Shown one piece after another: positions 7,152 to 14,837 of a DNA stretch of 42,110 nt. Source of the stretch: a virus; IMG/VR virus record IMGVR_UViG_3300048914_000085; one strand, 5' to 3'. Numbering within the stretch: position 1 is the stretch's first letter; every line of letters starts with the position of its first letter. Below the pieces are notes generated by a model that did no database searches, had not been told where the DNA came from, and saw only the letters and a program-made list of their open reading frames with translations. Made by a program: the position numbers and the translations under genes.

Positions 7152-7424
7152 ATGACCGATAGCCAACAACAGGGCTGGAGAAACATCGCCAGCGCGGAAG
7201 ACATTGCCTTCACGCGATGGTTCACGGAAATCGAGGTCTTCTCTCACCGCTGCGAGAGGTTCGCCGATGAATGCCATCTCGACGATGCGGTCCATCAGAT
7301 CGCCCGCAACTGGCTGCGCGCCGCATTTCAGGAAGGGTTCGAAGCCGGGCGCAAGTCCAACCCCCATATTTCCTCACCTAGAGCAACGGGGGGGAGCGAT
7401 GACAGCTCACACCATCGCCTCTAA
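7152..7424 (+). CDS. Hypothetical protein (90 aa)
   Basis: ATG sits 4 nt after GAGGTGA. Confidence 0.55.
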   Translation: MTDSQQQGWRNIASAEDIAFTRWFTEIEVFSHRCERFADECHLDDAVHQIARNWLRAAFQEGFEAGRKSNPHISSPRATGGSDDSSHHRL

Positions 7425-7680
7425 GTTCCGCCGCGCCCTGCGCAACGGCACCGGGGCCAGCTTCACGCAGGACCAATTGCGAGAACTGGCCGACTACGGC
7501 GTGCTGAAAACGCTCGCCCTGATTGAAGCCGAGGAACTATGCCCCGCGAAACCAGCCCCTACGTCCGCGACCCCTATTGGCTCGACTACCGCCGCGACGG
7601 CAAAGCCCCAGGCATCTGGCAAATCGCGCGCAATGAGCGAGGGTCGGTCCTTTATCGCAGCACTCGCAAGCGGGATGTAG
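7399..7680 (+). CDS. Hypothetical protein upstream of int (93 aa). Its 3' 142 nt overlap int.
   Basis: ATG 7399 follows GGGGGGAG. The N-terminal half (MTAHTIASKFRRALRNGTGASFTQDQLRELADYGVLKTLALIEAEEL) looks genuine. The C-terminal tail is low-complexity and lies in an alternative frame of int. An excisionase role is only a positional guess. Confidence 0.4.
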   Translation: MTAHTIASKFRRALRNGTGASFTQDQLRELADYGVLKTLALIEAEELCPAKPAPTSATPIGSTTAATAKPQASGKSRAMSEGRSFIAALASGM

Positions 7681-8747
7681 GAGAGGCCATTGCCGCCCTT
7701 GACGCCCATGCCGAGGAACTGCGCTCCAAGCAGCGCCAGTTACCCCATGAAGCCTTGGCTGCGGCACATCTGGTCAACTACTGGAAGGAACACGGTCGCA
7801 AACTGGTCAACGCCGACCAGACCGGGCGCAGCCTACGGACGTTCCTCGCCTTTCTCATTCAGGACGAAGTGGGCGCGCAGGCGGTGATTACCGACCTGAC
7901 CCCAGTCCTGTTCGAGCGGTTCCGCGAGTGGCGCATGGGGCCGCACGCGTTCTCTCTGGAATGGTTCGGAACGACGTTCGATTATTCCAGCCAAGGTGTT
8001 GCCGGGGCCACCGTGCAGCGGAACGTCAACGACGTGCGGGCCGCGATTTATCACGCGCAGGCCAACATGCGCATTCCGATGGCACCGAAGATCCGCGACC
8101 TCGGGGAGAAATACAAATCCCCGCCGCGCGAACGGGTGCTGTCCTTTGCGGAGTTGGGGCAAATTGCCTGGTATGCCAAGCACAACCCCGACCTGTTCCG
8201 GTTCATTGCCTTGCAGATCGGCACCGCAGTTAGGCCGATGGCCGCACTGGCGTTCGATCCGCGCCGCCAGTTCGATCCGCGCACTGGCCTGATTGACCTA
8301 CAGCCGACCGAGGCCAAGCAGACCAAGAAGCGCAACGCGATCATCCCGGCAATCCGCCCGCTGCGCACGGTCCTCAAGGCATGGGCGCGCGACGGGGCCA
8401 AGCCGGTGGACAGCCGCAAGACCGCATGGCGGATCATGCGCCGCACCCTCGGCCTGACCAGCGACGTGTTCCCCAAGACCATCCGGCACACCGTGGCGAC
8501 GATGCTCTACGCCGACCCGACCGTGCCCGAGCGCGAGATCGTGGAACTGCTCGGCCATGAGGGCAAGCTGGCCCGCACGACGCGCATCTACGCGAAGTAT
8601 GACCCAGCCCGGATGCAGAACGTGACCCGCAGCCTGACCACCATCTGGCAGCAAGTGACTCGGGAAGCGCGGAAATTCGGGACTGACCATCGACTGACCA
8701 CGACGGGGCAGGGTGGAAAGAATATTGTTGTCGATGAATCCCGGTGA
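7539..8747 (+). CDS. int: Tyrosine recombinase / phage integrase (402 aa)
   Basis: C-terminal catalytic-domain pattern (RPMAAL ... IRHTVATML ... LLGHEG ... RIYAKY). The gene ends 26 nt from the tRNA-fragment attP. Confidence 0.85.
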   Translation: MPRETSPYVRDPYWLDYRRDGKAPGIWQIARNERGSVLYRSTRKRDVGEAIAALDAHAEELRSKQRQLPHEALAAAHLVNYWKEHGRKLVNADQTGRSLRTFLAFLIQDEVGAQAVITDLTPVLFERFREWRMGPHAFSLEWFGTTFDYSSQGVAGATVQRNVNDVRAAIYHAQANMRIPMAPKIRDLGEKYKSPPRERVLSFAELGQIAWYAKHNPDLFRFIALQIGTAVRPMAALAFDPRRQFDPRTGLIDLQPTEAKQTKKRNAIIPAIRPLRTVLKAWARDGAKPVDSRKTAWRIMRRTLGLTSDVFPKTIRHTVATMLYADPTVPEREIVELLGHEGKLARTTRIYAKYDPARMQNVTRSLTTIWQQVTREARKFGTDHRLTTTGQGGKNIVVDESR

Positions 8748-8772
8748 TGCTAGGATTTCAGCCGGTTCGGAA

Positions 8773-8822
8773 TGGTGGGCGCGACAGGGATTGAACCTGT
8801 GACCCCACCCGTGTGAAGGGTT
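8773..8822 (-). other. attP core: 3' portion (about positions 27-76 including CCA) of a tRNA-Val(CAC) gene
   Basis: Minus strand reads AACCCTTCACACGGGTGGGGTCACAGGTTCAATCCCTGTCGCGCCCACCA. This gives an anticodon loop TTCACAC, a T arm ACAGG/TTCAATC/CCTGT, a 3' acceptor strand and ACCA. No matching 5' acceptor strand or D arm lies upstream. Confidence 0.75.
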
Positions 8823-8936
8823 TTCAGCCGTGAGCAATGGCGGAATTACGTTAGACCGCGATGGAACGGATGATGATTCATCCGTGAACAAGTCGGCATC
8901 GGCTGACCATCTACTGACCACCGGCGAGGTGGTGTG

Positions 8937-9278
8937 ATGGGCTATTTCCCGAACATGACGTCGTGGGAGTGCTGGGCGGCCGACAACTGCTTCAAGTGCC
9001 GCCACTGGCCAAAGGATGAGAACGCACCCGCCTGCCCGGTCGAGATGGCCCATAACCTGTACGCCTACGAACTGTGCAACGAGAAGGATCATCCGGGGAA
9101 GGTCATCCTCGACATGCTCATTCCTGTGCGCGCTGATGGCCTCGGCAACAAGAAGTGCGCCCTGTTCGCCACGCGCAATGGCGTCTCTGACAAGCATCTG
9201 AAGGACTGGGAGAAGTACAAAGCCGCGATGGCTGAAGCCTCCCTCATCCCTACGGGTATGGTGGGGGAAGGGCGGTGA
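8937..9278 (+). CDS. Cys-rich hypothetical protein (113 aa)
   Basis: ATG 8937 sits 4 nt after GAGGTGG. Product MGYFPNMTSWECWAADNCFKCRHWPKDENAPACPVEM... Confidence 0.6.
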   Translation: MGYFPNMTSWECWAADNCFKCRHWPKDENAPACPVEMAHNLYAYELCNEKDHPGKVILDMLIPVRADGLGNKKCALFATRNGVSDKHLKDWEKYKAAMAEASLIPTGMVGEGR

Positions 9279-9466
9279 GGAACGACCTTCGCAGCGACCC
9301 CGAGTTCCTGCGCTACTACGCCCATGTGCTCACCCGCGAGGCCATGCTGCGAGGGGGTGACGGCTCTTTCGTGGAGTTCCTGATTGCCGGGGCTGACCGG
9401 GCAAGGCGTGAAGCTGACGAGATCGAGAACCGCAAGCCGGCGCAAGGCGACCTGTTCGCCGCCTGA
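9275..9466 (+). CDS. Hypothetical protein (63 aa, GTG start)
   Basis: GTGA overlap with the upstream stop. Confidence 0.45.
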   Translation: MRNDLRSDPEFLRYYAHVLTREAMLRGGDGSFVEFLIAGADRARREADEIENRKPAQGDLFAA

Positions 9467-9487
9467 CCCGCACCACATAGGAGAAAT

Positions 9488-9676
9488 ATGGTGTCCAACA
9501 TGAGCCAGCATTTCCACGAAATTCAGCAGAGCGAGGACTATCAATTCGGGTGGCAGAGCGCCGAGCGCGGCGAGCCTCGACCTGACTGGAAGCCAATGCC
9601 CGGCGAACACTCCGATAAATTGGAGCGCCAAAAGCTGGGTTGGGACAATTTCCACGAACAAGGGAGGTCGCTGTGA
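9488..9676 (+). CDS. Hypothetical protein (62 aa)
   Basis: AGGAGA lies 4 nt upstream of the ATG. Confidence 0.55.
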   Translation: MVSNMSQHFHEIQQSEDYQFGWQSAERGEPRPDWKPMPGEHSDKLERQKLGWDNFHEQGRSL

Positions 9677-9849
9677 CGATAGCGGACGGCGAGACTGTTC
9701 ACGTCGTCCCGCTCAACGATCTGCGCGACCACGACAGCGCCGCAACCTGCTGGTGCCATCCAACGCAAGACGAGGAAGAGCCGCTCGTTTGGGTCCATCA
9801 CAGCATGGATGGACGCGAGAACACTATCGAAAAAGGAAACCTCCAATGA
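9673..9849 (+). CDS. Hypothetical protein (58 aa, GTG start)
   Basis: GGGAGG SD and GTGA overlap. Product has HVVPLNDLRDHDSAATCWCHP. Confidence 0.5.
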   Translation: MTIADGETVHVVPLNDLRDHDSAATCWCHPTQDEEEPLVWVHHSMDGRENTIEKGNLQ

Positions 9850-10067
9850 CCGAAGACCAGATCAAGCACATGGCCAACCGCTTCCTTGGCTGGAAGCTGC
9901 CGAAGCCTTTCCACCCGGACAACTACATCAGCTTTACGCCGCCCGCCCCACTCAATCCGGGTACGCCATACGAGAACGACCTGTGGCCCATCGGAACTAA
10001 CCTGTTCAATGCCGATCAGGCCGAAGCGATGATCCGGTATCTGGTCGAGGGACTGCCTCAGCCATGA
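9846..10067 (+). CDS. Hypothetical protein (73 aa)
   Basis: ATGA overlaps on both sides. Confidence 0.55.
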   Translation: MTEDQIKHMANRFLGWKLPKPFHPDNYISFTPPAPLNPGTPYENDLWPIGTNLFNADQAEAMIRYLVEGLPQP

Positions 10068-10918
10068 CTGACCACTCCCCCGCCCTGATCGTCGCTGCGA
10101 AGGCGCTGGCAGAGAAGCATGGCGTTCCATCGTGGGCAATCCGCGATTGGGGCCATCTACAGGCCGCCCTCTGCGAAGCCCTGACCACCACACCACCGAG
10201 CGAGGAAGCGATGAGCGACCTGACCGCAGTTCAAAAAAGCGCATCACTGGCCATTGCCGAGATCGCGGCAGGCTGGATACGCAAGTCGTTCTTCACGTCC
10301 TGCTCTGGCGGTGGTGAGGGCTATCATCTGAGGCTGACGTACCGTTCGATGGACGAGATGCACAAGGCCGAGGACGCGATCAAGGCGTTTGCGACTGATC
10401 GGCAGTTTCAGCCTCTCACTGAGCGGCTCGCCCCCAAGCCCGAACCCACCGAAACAGCATGGGACGGCACGCCGGATGGCGGGATTTCCGTCGGCCACTT
10501 CAAGCCAGCATTCCCGGCCAAGCCCGAACCCACCGAGGATCACCTGCGGCGGGCGGGAGCATTGCTGGTCGAGGCAGGGAGTTGGCGTCACGCCGTCGCC
10601 CGCCTACTGGCCGAGCGTGATGCGATGCAGGCAAGGGTGTTGATGTGGCTTGGCAGCTATCTAGATTGGCTTCCTGGCTATGCGGTAGAGGAGTTGCAGG
10701 AGATTATTCCTCCCGCCGAACCCACCCCCACAAGCGTAGCTTGCGAAGCGCCCGATCCCGACCTTGTGCTGGCGCGGGAGCATGAAGCCATGGTGTTCGA
10801 GCGGGTGGGGTGCCTTGAAGATGCCGCTGCATGTCGCGCGGGCAGCAAGGACAAGACCATCGCCGTCTCGGCCCGCCTTGATACGATCCGCGCCCTCAAG
10901 TCGAAGGAGCAGGGGTGA
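10064..10918 (+). CDS. Hypothetical protein (284 aa) with an internal KPEPTE duplication
   Basis: Track ORF. AAGCCCGAACCCACCGA is repeated near 10434 and 10519. Confidence 0.6.
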   Translation: MTDHSPALIVAAKALAEKHGVPSWAIRDWGHLQAALCEALTTTPPSEEAMSDLTAVQKSASLAIAEIAAGWIRKSFFTSCSGGGEGYHLRLTYRSMDEMHKAEDAIKAFATDRQFQPLTERLAPKPEPTETAWDGTPDGGISVGHFKPAFPAKPEPTEDHLRRAGALLVEAGSWRHAVARLLAERDAMQARVLMWLGSYLDWLPGYAVEELQEIIPPAEPTPTSVACEAPDPDLVLAREHEAMVFERVGCLEDAAACRAGSKDKTIAVSARLDTIRALKSKEQG

Positions 10919-11151
10919 TGCTCGGCAACCGCATCAGGCTGGAAACCAGCACCAGCGATATGAACTATCATGGGCCGGAGCAATCAACCCTACGCCTAAC
11001 CGTCAGGGCCCGGCGAATGGACAGCTACGCCAAGCGCTGGTCGCTTGACTTCTACGGACGCAGCGGGGCGTGGTTCAGGATCATGCTGACCTTCCCGCGT
11101 TGGCTTGGTCCGTGGCCAAACGTCAAGCTGAAAGGCCAAGCCCATGACTAG
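10915..11151 (+). CDS. Hypothetical protein (78 aa; GTG 10915 or ATG 10918)
   Basis: GTGA/TGATG overlap with the upstream stop, and an 8-nt overlap downstream. Confidence 0.45.
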   Translation: MMLGNRIRLETSTSDMNYHGPEQSTLRLTVRARRMDSYAKRWSLDFYGRSGAWFRIMLTFPRWLGPWPNVKLKGQAHD

Positions 11152-11347
11152 TGATCTGGCCCAGCTAAAAGCCCGGCGCGATGCTTTGAATGCTGAGATC
11201 GCCCTAATGGAACGCGGGATCGAGCGCGCAGCCTACGACGCCTCAATGTGTAATCAGTTGGCGTCCGTAAACAAAGCCAGAGCCGAAAAGGGGGAGCCAC
11301 CCCTTTCGATGGCCGCGTTTCTTGCCAGTGATGGGGAACTGCCATGA
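11144..11347 (+). CDS. Hypothetical protein (67 aa)
   Basis: Track ORF, coupled at both ends. Confidence 0.5.
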   Translation: MTSDLAQLKARRDALNAEIALMERGIERAAYDASMCNQLASVNKARAEKGEPPLSMAAFLASDGELP

Positions 11348-12042
11348 CCGATGACTATGAGGCGCTGGAAGTGTGGCGGAAGGCGAAAGAGGTTCACTAT
11401 ACCCGCTCGCGTGAGATCGAATGGCATATGAGCGAACAGGGTAAGGGCACTGCTAACCAAGCCGCCGCAGCCATCCTGCGCGATCATGTCGAGGCGAAGC
11501 TGGCCGAGGTGCGGGCGGAGCGGGATGCTGATGCAATCGCCCTAGACGGGTATCGGGCAGCGGCTTGTTTCATCGGCGCTGATAGCTGGGATGGTTGCTC
11601 CGACTGTATGGATATTCTCAAGGCGGCGAAGGCCACCGACATCTTTTACAATCCAACCACAGACGACACGGCTTTGGCCCTTAGGAATCTTCGGTCACGA
11701 TACTACGGCGTGGCCCCGCAAATGGCCTCACAAATAGAGGCAGACCCGTCAGGTGGGTGGAAAACGGCCCTTGCCGACCGCGACCGCACCATTGCCGAGC
11801 AAGCGGCTGAGATCACTCGCCTGATGGACGACGAGCGCGCGTGGGGGCAGGGCTATCGCGCTGGTGAGAACAAGTGGGCCGAAGCGGTTGCCGAGCAAGC
11901 GGCTGAACTGGATCGGCTGCACGCCGTCATGGAGCGGTGCGCCGTGATCGTGGACCGCAACCTGTATCACCAGCGCGAGAAGGTGGACGATGTTCCGCGC
12001 CTTCTCCGCTCTGCCATCCACGGAGGTTCCAATGCCAAGTGA
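11344..12042 (+). CDS. Hypothetical protein (232 aa)
   Basis: Track ORF. The internal motif AEQAAE(I/L) is repeated. Confidence 0.6.
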   Translation: MTDDYEALEVWRKAKEVHYTRSREIEWHMSEQGKGTANQAAAAILRDHVEAKLAEVRAERDADAIALDGYRAAACFIGADSWDGCSDCMDILKAAKATDIFYNPTTDDTALALRNLRSRYYGVAPQMASQIEADPSGGWKTALADRDRTIAEQAAEITRLMDDERAWGQGYRAGENKWAEAVAEQAAELDRLHAVMERCAVIVDRNLYHQREKVDDVPRLLRSAIHGGSNAK

Positions 12043-12550
12043 CCAGACAGCATGGCTGATTGAGCGCGACGATCTGGCAACCGTTGAGAGCGGTGGCCGG
12101 GTTTGCCTGCACTACTACGGCTTCTGGCATGAGCATGGGATGCACTTCTGGACGCCGGACCACATGAAAGCATGGAGGTTCACCAGCAAGGAGTGCGCCG
12201 AGCGTGAGACTAACGGTGACCCGCTCCTGCGCGTTGCTGAACATATGTGGATGGACACCCGCACCCCACCAGCGAGCGAGCCTGTTCCCGAGGTGGCGGA
12301 AGCGTTGAAGGAACTCGACAAACTCGCATTCATCCTGCGCAACGAAAAGCAATTACCGTGGCGGGGCGATGCTGTCATCCAAGCCGCCGCCCTTCTCTCC
12401 GCTCAAGCGGTCATGCTGGAGGAGGCGAGGGGGTGCATTGAAGCGCTGCTAGCATGGGATAAGCGGCGCAACTTTCCGGTGCCATACGAGGTGCGCGATC
12501 CAATCCTCGCCCTACTCGCCAGGATGGAGGCTCAAAGCCATGTCGGATGA
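12032..12550 (+). CDS. Hypothetical protein (172 aa) whose C-terminal module is shared with the 3825..4124 product
   Basis: ATG 12032 follows GGAGG. C-terminal LLAWDKRRNFPVPYEVRDP compares with VLHWDARRGHLIPYSVRDP in the Ead-like protein. Confidence 0.55.
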   Translation: MPSDQTAWLIERDDLATVESGGRVCLHYYGFWHEHGMHFWTPDHMKAWRFTSKECAERETNGDPLLRVAEHMWMDTRTPPASEPVPEVAEALKELDKLAFILRNEKQLPWRGDAVIQAAALLSAQAVMLEEARGCIEALLAWDKRRNFPVPYEVRDPILALLARMEAQSHVG

Positions 12551-12773
12551 ACTGCATGGGGATCAGGGCGCTTCGCTACGCGACCGGGCCTGCGGCCATT
12601 TTGTGCTGCATAACATCGACACCATTCTCTCCGCACTAAGGGAGAGAGAGGCGCGCGAGGCGGTACAAGTCCCCGCAATTCAGCAGGAATCGCCCAACGG
12701 CTATCGGCTATACGTTGGCGACCAGGGGCCGACGAACTGGGCAGGCGAACACATGAAGGGAGAAGAGGAATGA
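12540..12773 (+). CDS. Hypothetical protein (77 aa)
   Basis: Track ORF, overlapping its neighbours. Confidence 0.5.
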   Translation: MSDELHGDQGASLRDRACGHFVLHNIDTILSALREREAREAVQVPAIQQESPNGYRLYVGDQGPTNWAGEHMKGEEE

Positions 12774-12985
12774 TCTGGTTGCCAATCGAGACCGCGCCGA
12801 AGGATGGCACGGAATTCGTAATGGTTGATGCGAACGTGAACACCGCGACCGTTGGGCACTGGATGGCGGACGTAGAATGGCGGAACGCCGGGCGGCTTGA
12901 AGGAGAAGGCATTGCAGAGCCGTCATGGTTCCCGCTCTCCGGCCCAACGCACTGGATGCCTTTGCCGCCGCTTCCCACACGGTAA
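12770..12985 (+). CDS. DUF551-like protein (71 aa)
   Basis: MIWLPIETAPKDGTEF ... PTHWMPLPPLP is the typical DUF551 signature. Confidence 0.6.
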   Translation: MIWLPIETAPKDGTEFVMVDANVNTATVGHWMADVEWRNAGRLEGEGIAEPSWFPLSGPTHWMPLPPLPTR

Positions 12986-12994
12986 GGAGGACGT

Positions 12995-13201
12995 ATGGAC
13001 CGGATCGAGAACATGGCGCGGGCGATGGCTATTGCCGATGGGTTTGATCCCGATGCGCAGGCATCCGGTGGACCTAACGATTTTGCTTTGCAGGCGAGCC
13101 AGTTCAACGGCTACGGGGTATGTGCCTACGGGCCAGTTTGGCAGACATATCGTCGCAAGGCTAACTTGATGATAGCCGCATTGGAGGCGTCCCACCCTTG
13201 A
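12995..13201 (+). CDS. Hypothetical protein (68 aa)
   Basis: AGGAGG lies 5 nt upstream of the ATG. Confidence 0.55.
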   Translation: MDRIENMARAMAIADGFDPDAQASGGPNDFALQASQFNGYGVCAYGPVWQTYRRKANLMIAALEASHP

Positions 13202-13299
13202 CACGCCCCGCGCAATGGGGGATTCTAACGGCATGAACCGCGCGATTACCACAACCACCGGCTTAACGATACGATTGACGCGATAAGCGTTCGTCGATT

Positions 13300-13373
13300 G
13301 CCGGGTTAGGTCAATGGTAGATCAACCCCTTTGTAACGGGAAGATGCGGGTTCGATTCCTGCACTCGGCACCA
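13300..13373 (+). tRNA. tRNA-like gene, probable anticodon UGU (Thr), with a noncanonical anticodon arm. CCA is encoded.
   Basis: Hand fold: acceptor GCCGGGT/ACTCGGC (one G-U pair), D arm GGTC/GATC, T arm GCGGG-TTCGATT-CCTGC, ACCA end. The anticodon arm ACCCC-TTTGTAA-CGGGA has only 3 central G-C pairs (A-A and C-C mismatches), or equivalently a 9-nt loop. Confidence 0.55.
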
Positions 13374-13380
13374 CCCATCA

Positions 13381-13456
13381 GCCGGTGTAGCCCAAAGGTA
13401 GAGGCAGGAGACTTAAAATCTCTTCAGCGTCGGTTCGACCCCGACCACCGGCACCA
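13381..13456 (+). tRNA. tRNA with anticodon UAA (reads UUA/UUG, Leu) but a short 5-nt variable loop. CCA is encoded.
   Basis: Hand fold, 76 nt: acceptor GCCGGTG/CACCGGC, anticodon arm GGAGA-CTTAAAA-TCTCT, variable loop TCAGC, T arm GTCGG-TTCGACC-CCGAC, A73, CCA. Confidence 0.7.
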
Positions 13457-13471
13457 TTATAGAGGTGTACC

Positions 13472-13642
13472 ATGGATCAGGAATTCACTCTCAGCCCATC
13501 GCAGGGTGTCATGCTCATGGAGATGGCCGAACTTCTGCGGCATGGCGAGATCGAGATCAGGGGCGACGGGGAAGACCCTGAAAACGCTTACAAGGCATTG
13601 ATGGACATCGCGCAAGAGATTGCATTGCAAGTGGCGCAGTAA
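13472..13642 (+). CDS. Small acidic hypothetical protein (56 aa)
   Basis: ATG 13472 follows AGAGGTG. Product MDQEFTLSPSQGVMLMEMAELLRHGEIEIRGDGEDPENAYKALMDIAQEIALQVAQ. Found by hand. Confidence 0.45.
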   Translation: MDQEFTLSPSQGVMLMEMAELLRHGEIEIRGDGEDPENAYKALMDIAQEIALQVAQ

Positions 13643-13668
13643 GGGGTCGGCTTCGGTCGGCCCCTTTT
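13643..13668. terminator. Hairpin terminator at the convergence point of the plus and minus blocks
   Basis: ggggtcggc / ttcg / gtcggcccc (9-bp stem with two G-U pairs, UUCG loop), then tttt on the plus strand. The minus-strand gene stops at 13668. Confidence 0.7.
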
Positions 13669-14837
13669 CAACATCCCACGCCGTTCAGCGTCACCCCCGA
13701 CTTGACCGGCGAGGCGTTCAGCGTTCCGAGGCACTGCTTGACCATCGTCCCCGTGACCTTCGCCCCGTTGATCGTCACCCCGGAAATGCCCCCGGTGTAG
13801 TTCAGCACGCGGAAAGCGGTGACCGTGTTCGGATTGGTGATCGTGGTGTTCGCAATCGAGACGTTCGTCACACTCTTGAGATCGGTGAACACCATGACCG
13901 CGGCGTGGTCGATGTCAGTCCGGGTCCGCACGCCATCCAGCACGTTGTCGCGCAGGTCGATGCTATCCACCGCGCCCGTGCCCCAGCCCGAGATCGAAGC
14001 AACGCGGATTGCGGAAACCCCGGTGCGGGTCAGCTTGTTGCGGTACGCTTGTCCGCCACTGGTGCCCTCGAACGACACGCCAGAGGCGGCGCCATCGCTG
14101 CACACGTTGTCGAGGAACTGCACGTTGCGATTGATCCCCGTCCCGTAGCCGATCGAGGCAAAGCAGTCGTCACCCGCGTTCAGCGCGGTGTTGAACTGCG
14201 CCAGCACGTTGGACGTGCCGGTGAAGTGGAACGCATCGGCCAGCGAGCCATCGACCAGGCTGTTGGTCACCGTCGCCCCGGTCGAGTTGTAGTAGAGAAT
14301 GCCAGCGCCTGCGACCTTGCGAACGGCCACGCTGTCGATCGCGACGTTACTCGCGGTGTCAACGTAGATCCCGCGCGACAGGCCGTCCGTGGTGCGGGCC
14401 GTGGCATTGGCGGTGACGGTGAAGCCCTTGAGCGTCACCCCACTACCCCCGGCAACGATGACCGAGGACAACAGCGGGTTGAGCGCCTTGAGGACCGTCA
14501 CGTCCTTGCCCGCACCCTGGATGGTGACGTTGGTCTTGCCCGAGATGCGCAGGTTCGTGGAATAGGCACAGGTTGCGGCGGGCAGGGTGGTGTTCCCGGC
14601 GTTGAACGCGGCCTGCAGGGCGGCGGTGTCGTCTATGCCCTTGCAAGTCAGTGAGGCGGTCGGGACCGGCGCAGGTGTGGGAGCGGGGGTGGGCGTAGGG
14701 GTTGGCGTCGGAGCAGGAGCGGGCAGCGCGGCTTTGACGGCCTGCGCGTCGGCAATCAGCCGGTCCACCAGTTCGGGGAGCGTCTGCGCCGCAGCAGCGG
14801 TCGGGGCAAGGGCGAGCAGGATGGCGAGGCGCTTCAT
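13668..14837 (-). CDS. Secreted right-handed beta-helix polysaccharide depolymerase-like protein (389 aa) with a Sec signal peptide and a Pro/Thr linker
   Basis: Track ORF trimmed to MKRLAILLALAPTAAAAQ (GGAGA SD, ATGA overlap with the spanin stop). PAPAPTPTPTPTPAPTPAPVPT linker. The beta-helix region is paralogous to 34863..36356 (HFTG..AQFN..GDDCFASIGYG..FLDN..ASGVSFEGTSGG..NPNT). Confidence 0.65.
   Translation of the reverse strand: MKRLAILLALAPTAAAAQTLPELVDRLIADAQAVKAALPAPAPTPTPTPTPAPTPAPVPTASLTCKGIDDTAALQAAFNAGNTTLPAATCAYSTNLRISGKTNVTIQGAGKDVTVLKALNPLLSSVIVAGGSGVTLKGFTVTANATARTTDGLSRGIYVDTASNVAIDSVAVRKVAGAGILYYNSTGATVTNSLVDGSLADAFHFTGTSNVLAQFNTALNAGDDCFASIGYGTGINRNVQFLDNVCSDGAASGVSFEGTSGGQAYRNKLTRTGVSAIRVASISGWGTGAVDSIDLRDNVLDGVRTRTDIDHAAVMVFTDLKSVTNVSIANTTITNPNTVTAFRVLNYTGGISGVTINGAKVTGTMVKQCLGTLNASPVKSGVTLNGVGC

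Noticed and set aside
8773-8822. A functional tRNA-Val gene
   Set aside because: Only the 3' part is present. The upstream sequence cannot form the 5' acceptor strand or D arm. It is interpreted as attP instead.
10434-10535. A duplicated 17-mer AAGCCCGAACCCACCGA, and the duplicated TTGCCGAGCAAGCGGCTGA at about 11791 and 11889
   Set aside because: These are short in-frame duplications inside hypothetical genes (KPEPTE and AEQAAE motifs), with no sign of a regulatory or mobile function.
13381-13456. An ochre suppressor tRNA
   Set aside because: The anticodon is 5'-UAA-3', which pairs with UUA/UUG (Leu codons). An ochre suppressor would need 5'-UUA-3'.
14661-14725. A GC-rich low-complexity tract (ggtgtgggagcgggggtgggcgtaggggttggcgtcggagcagg) as a microsatellite or contingency locus
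   Set aside because: It is imperfect and simply encodes the Pro/Thr/Ala linker of the secreted depolymerase on the minus strand.
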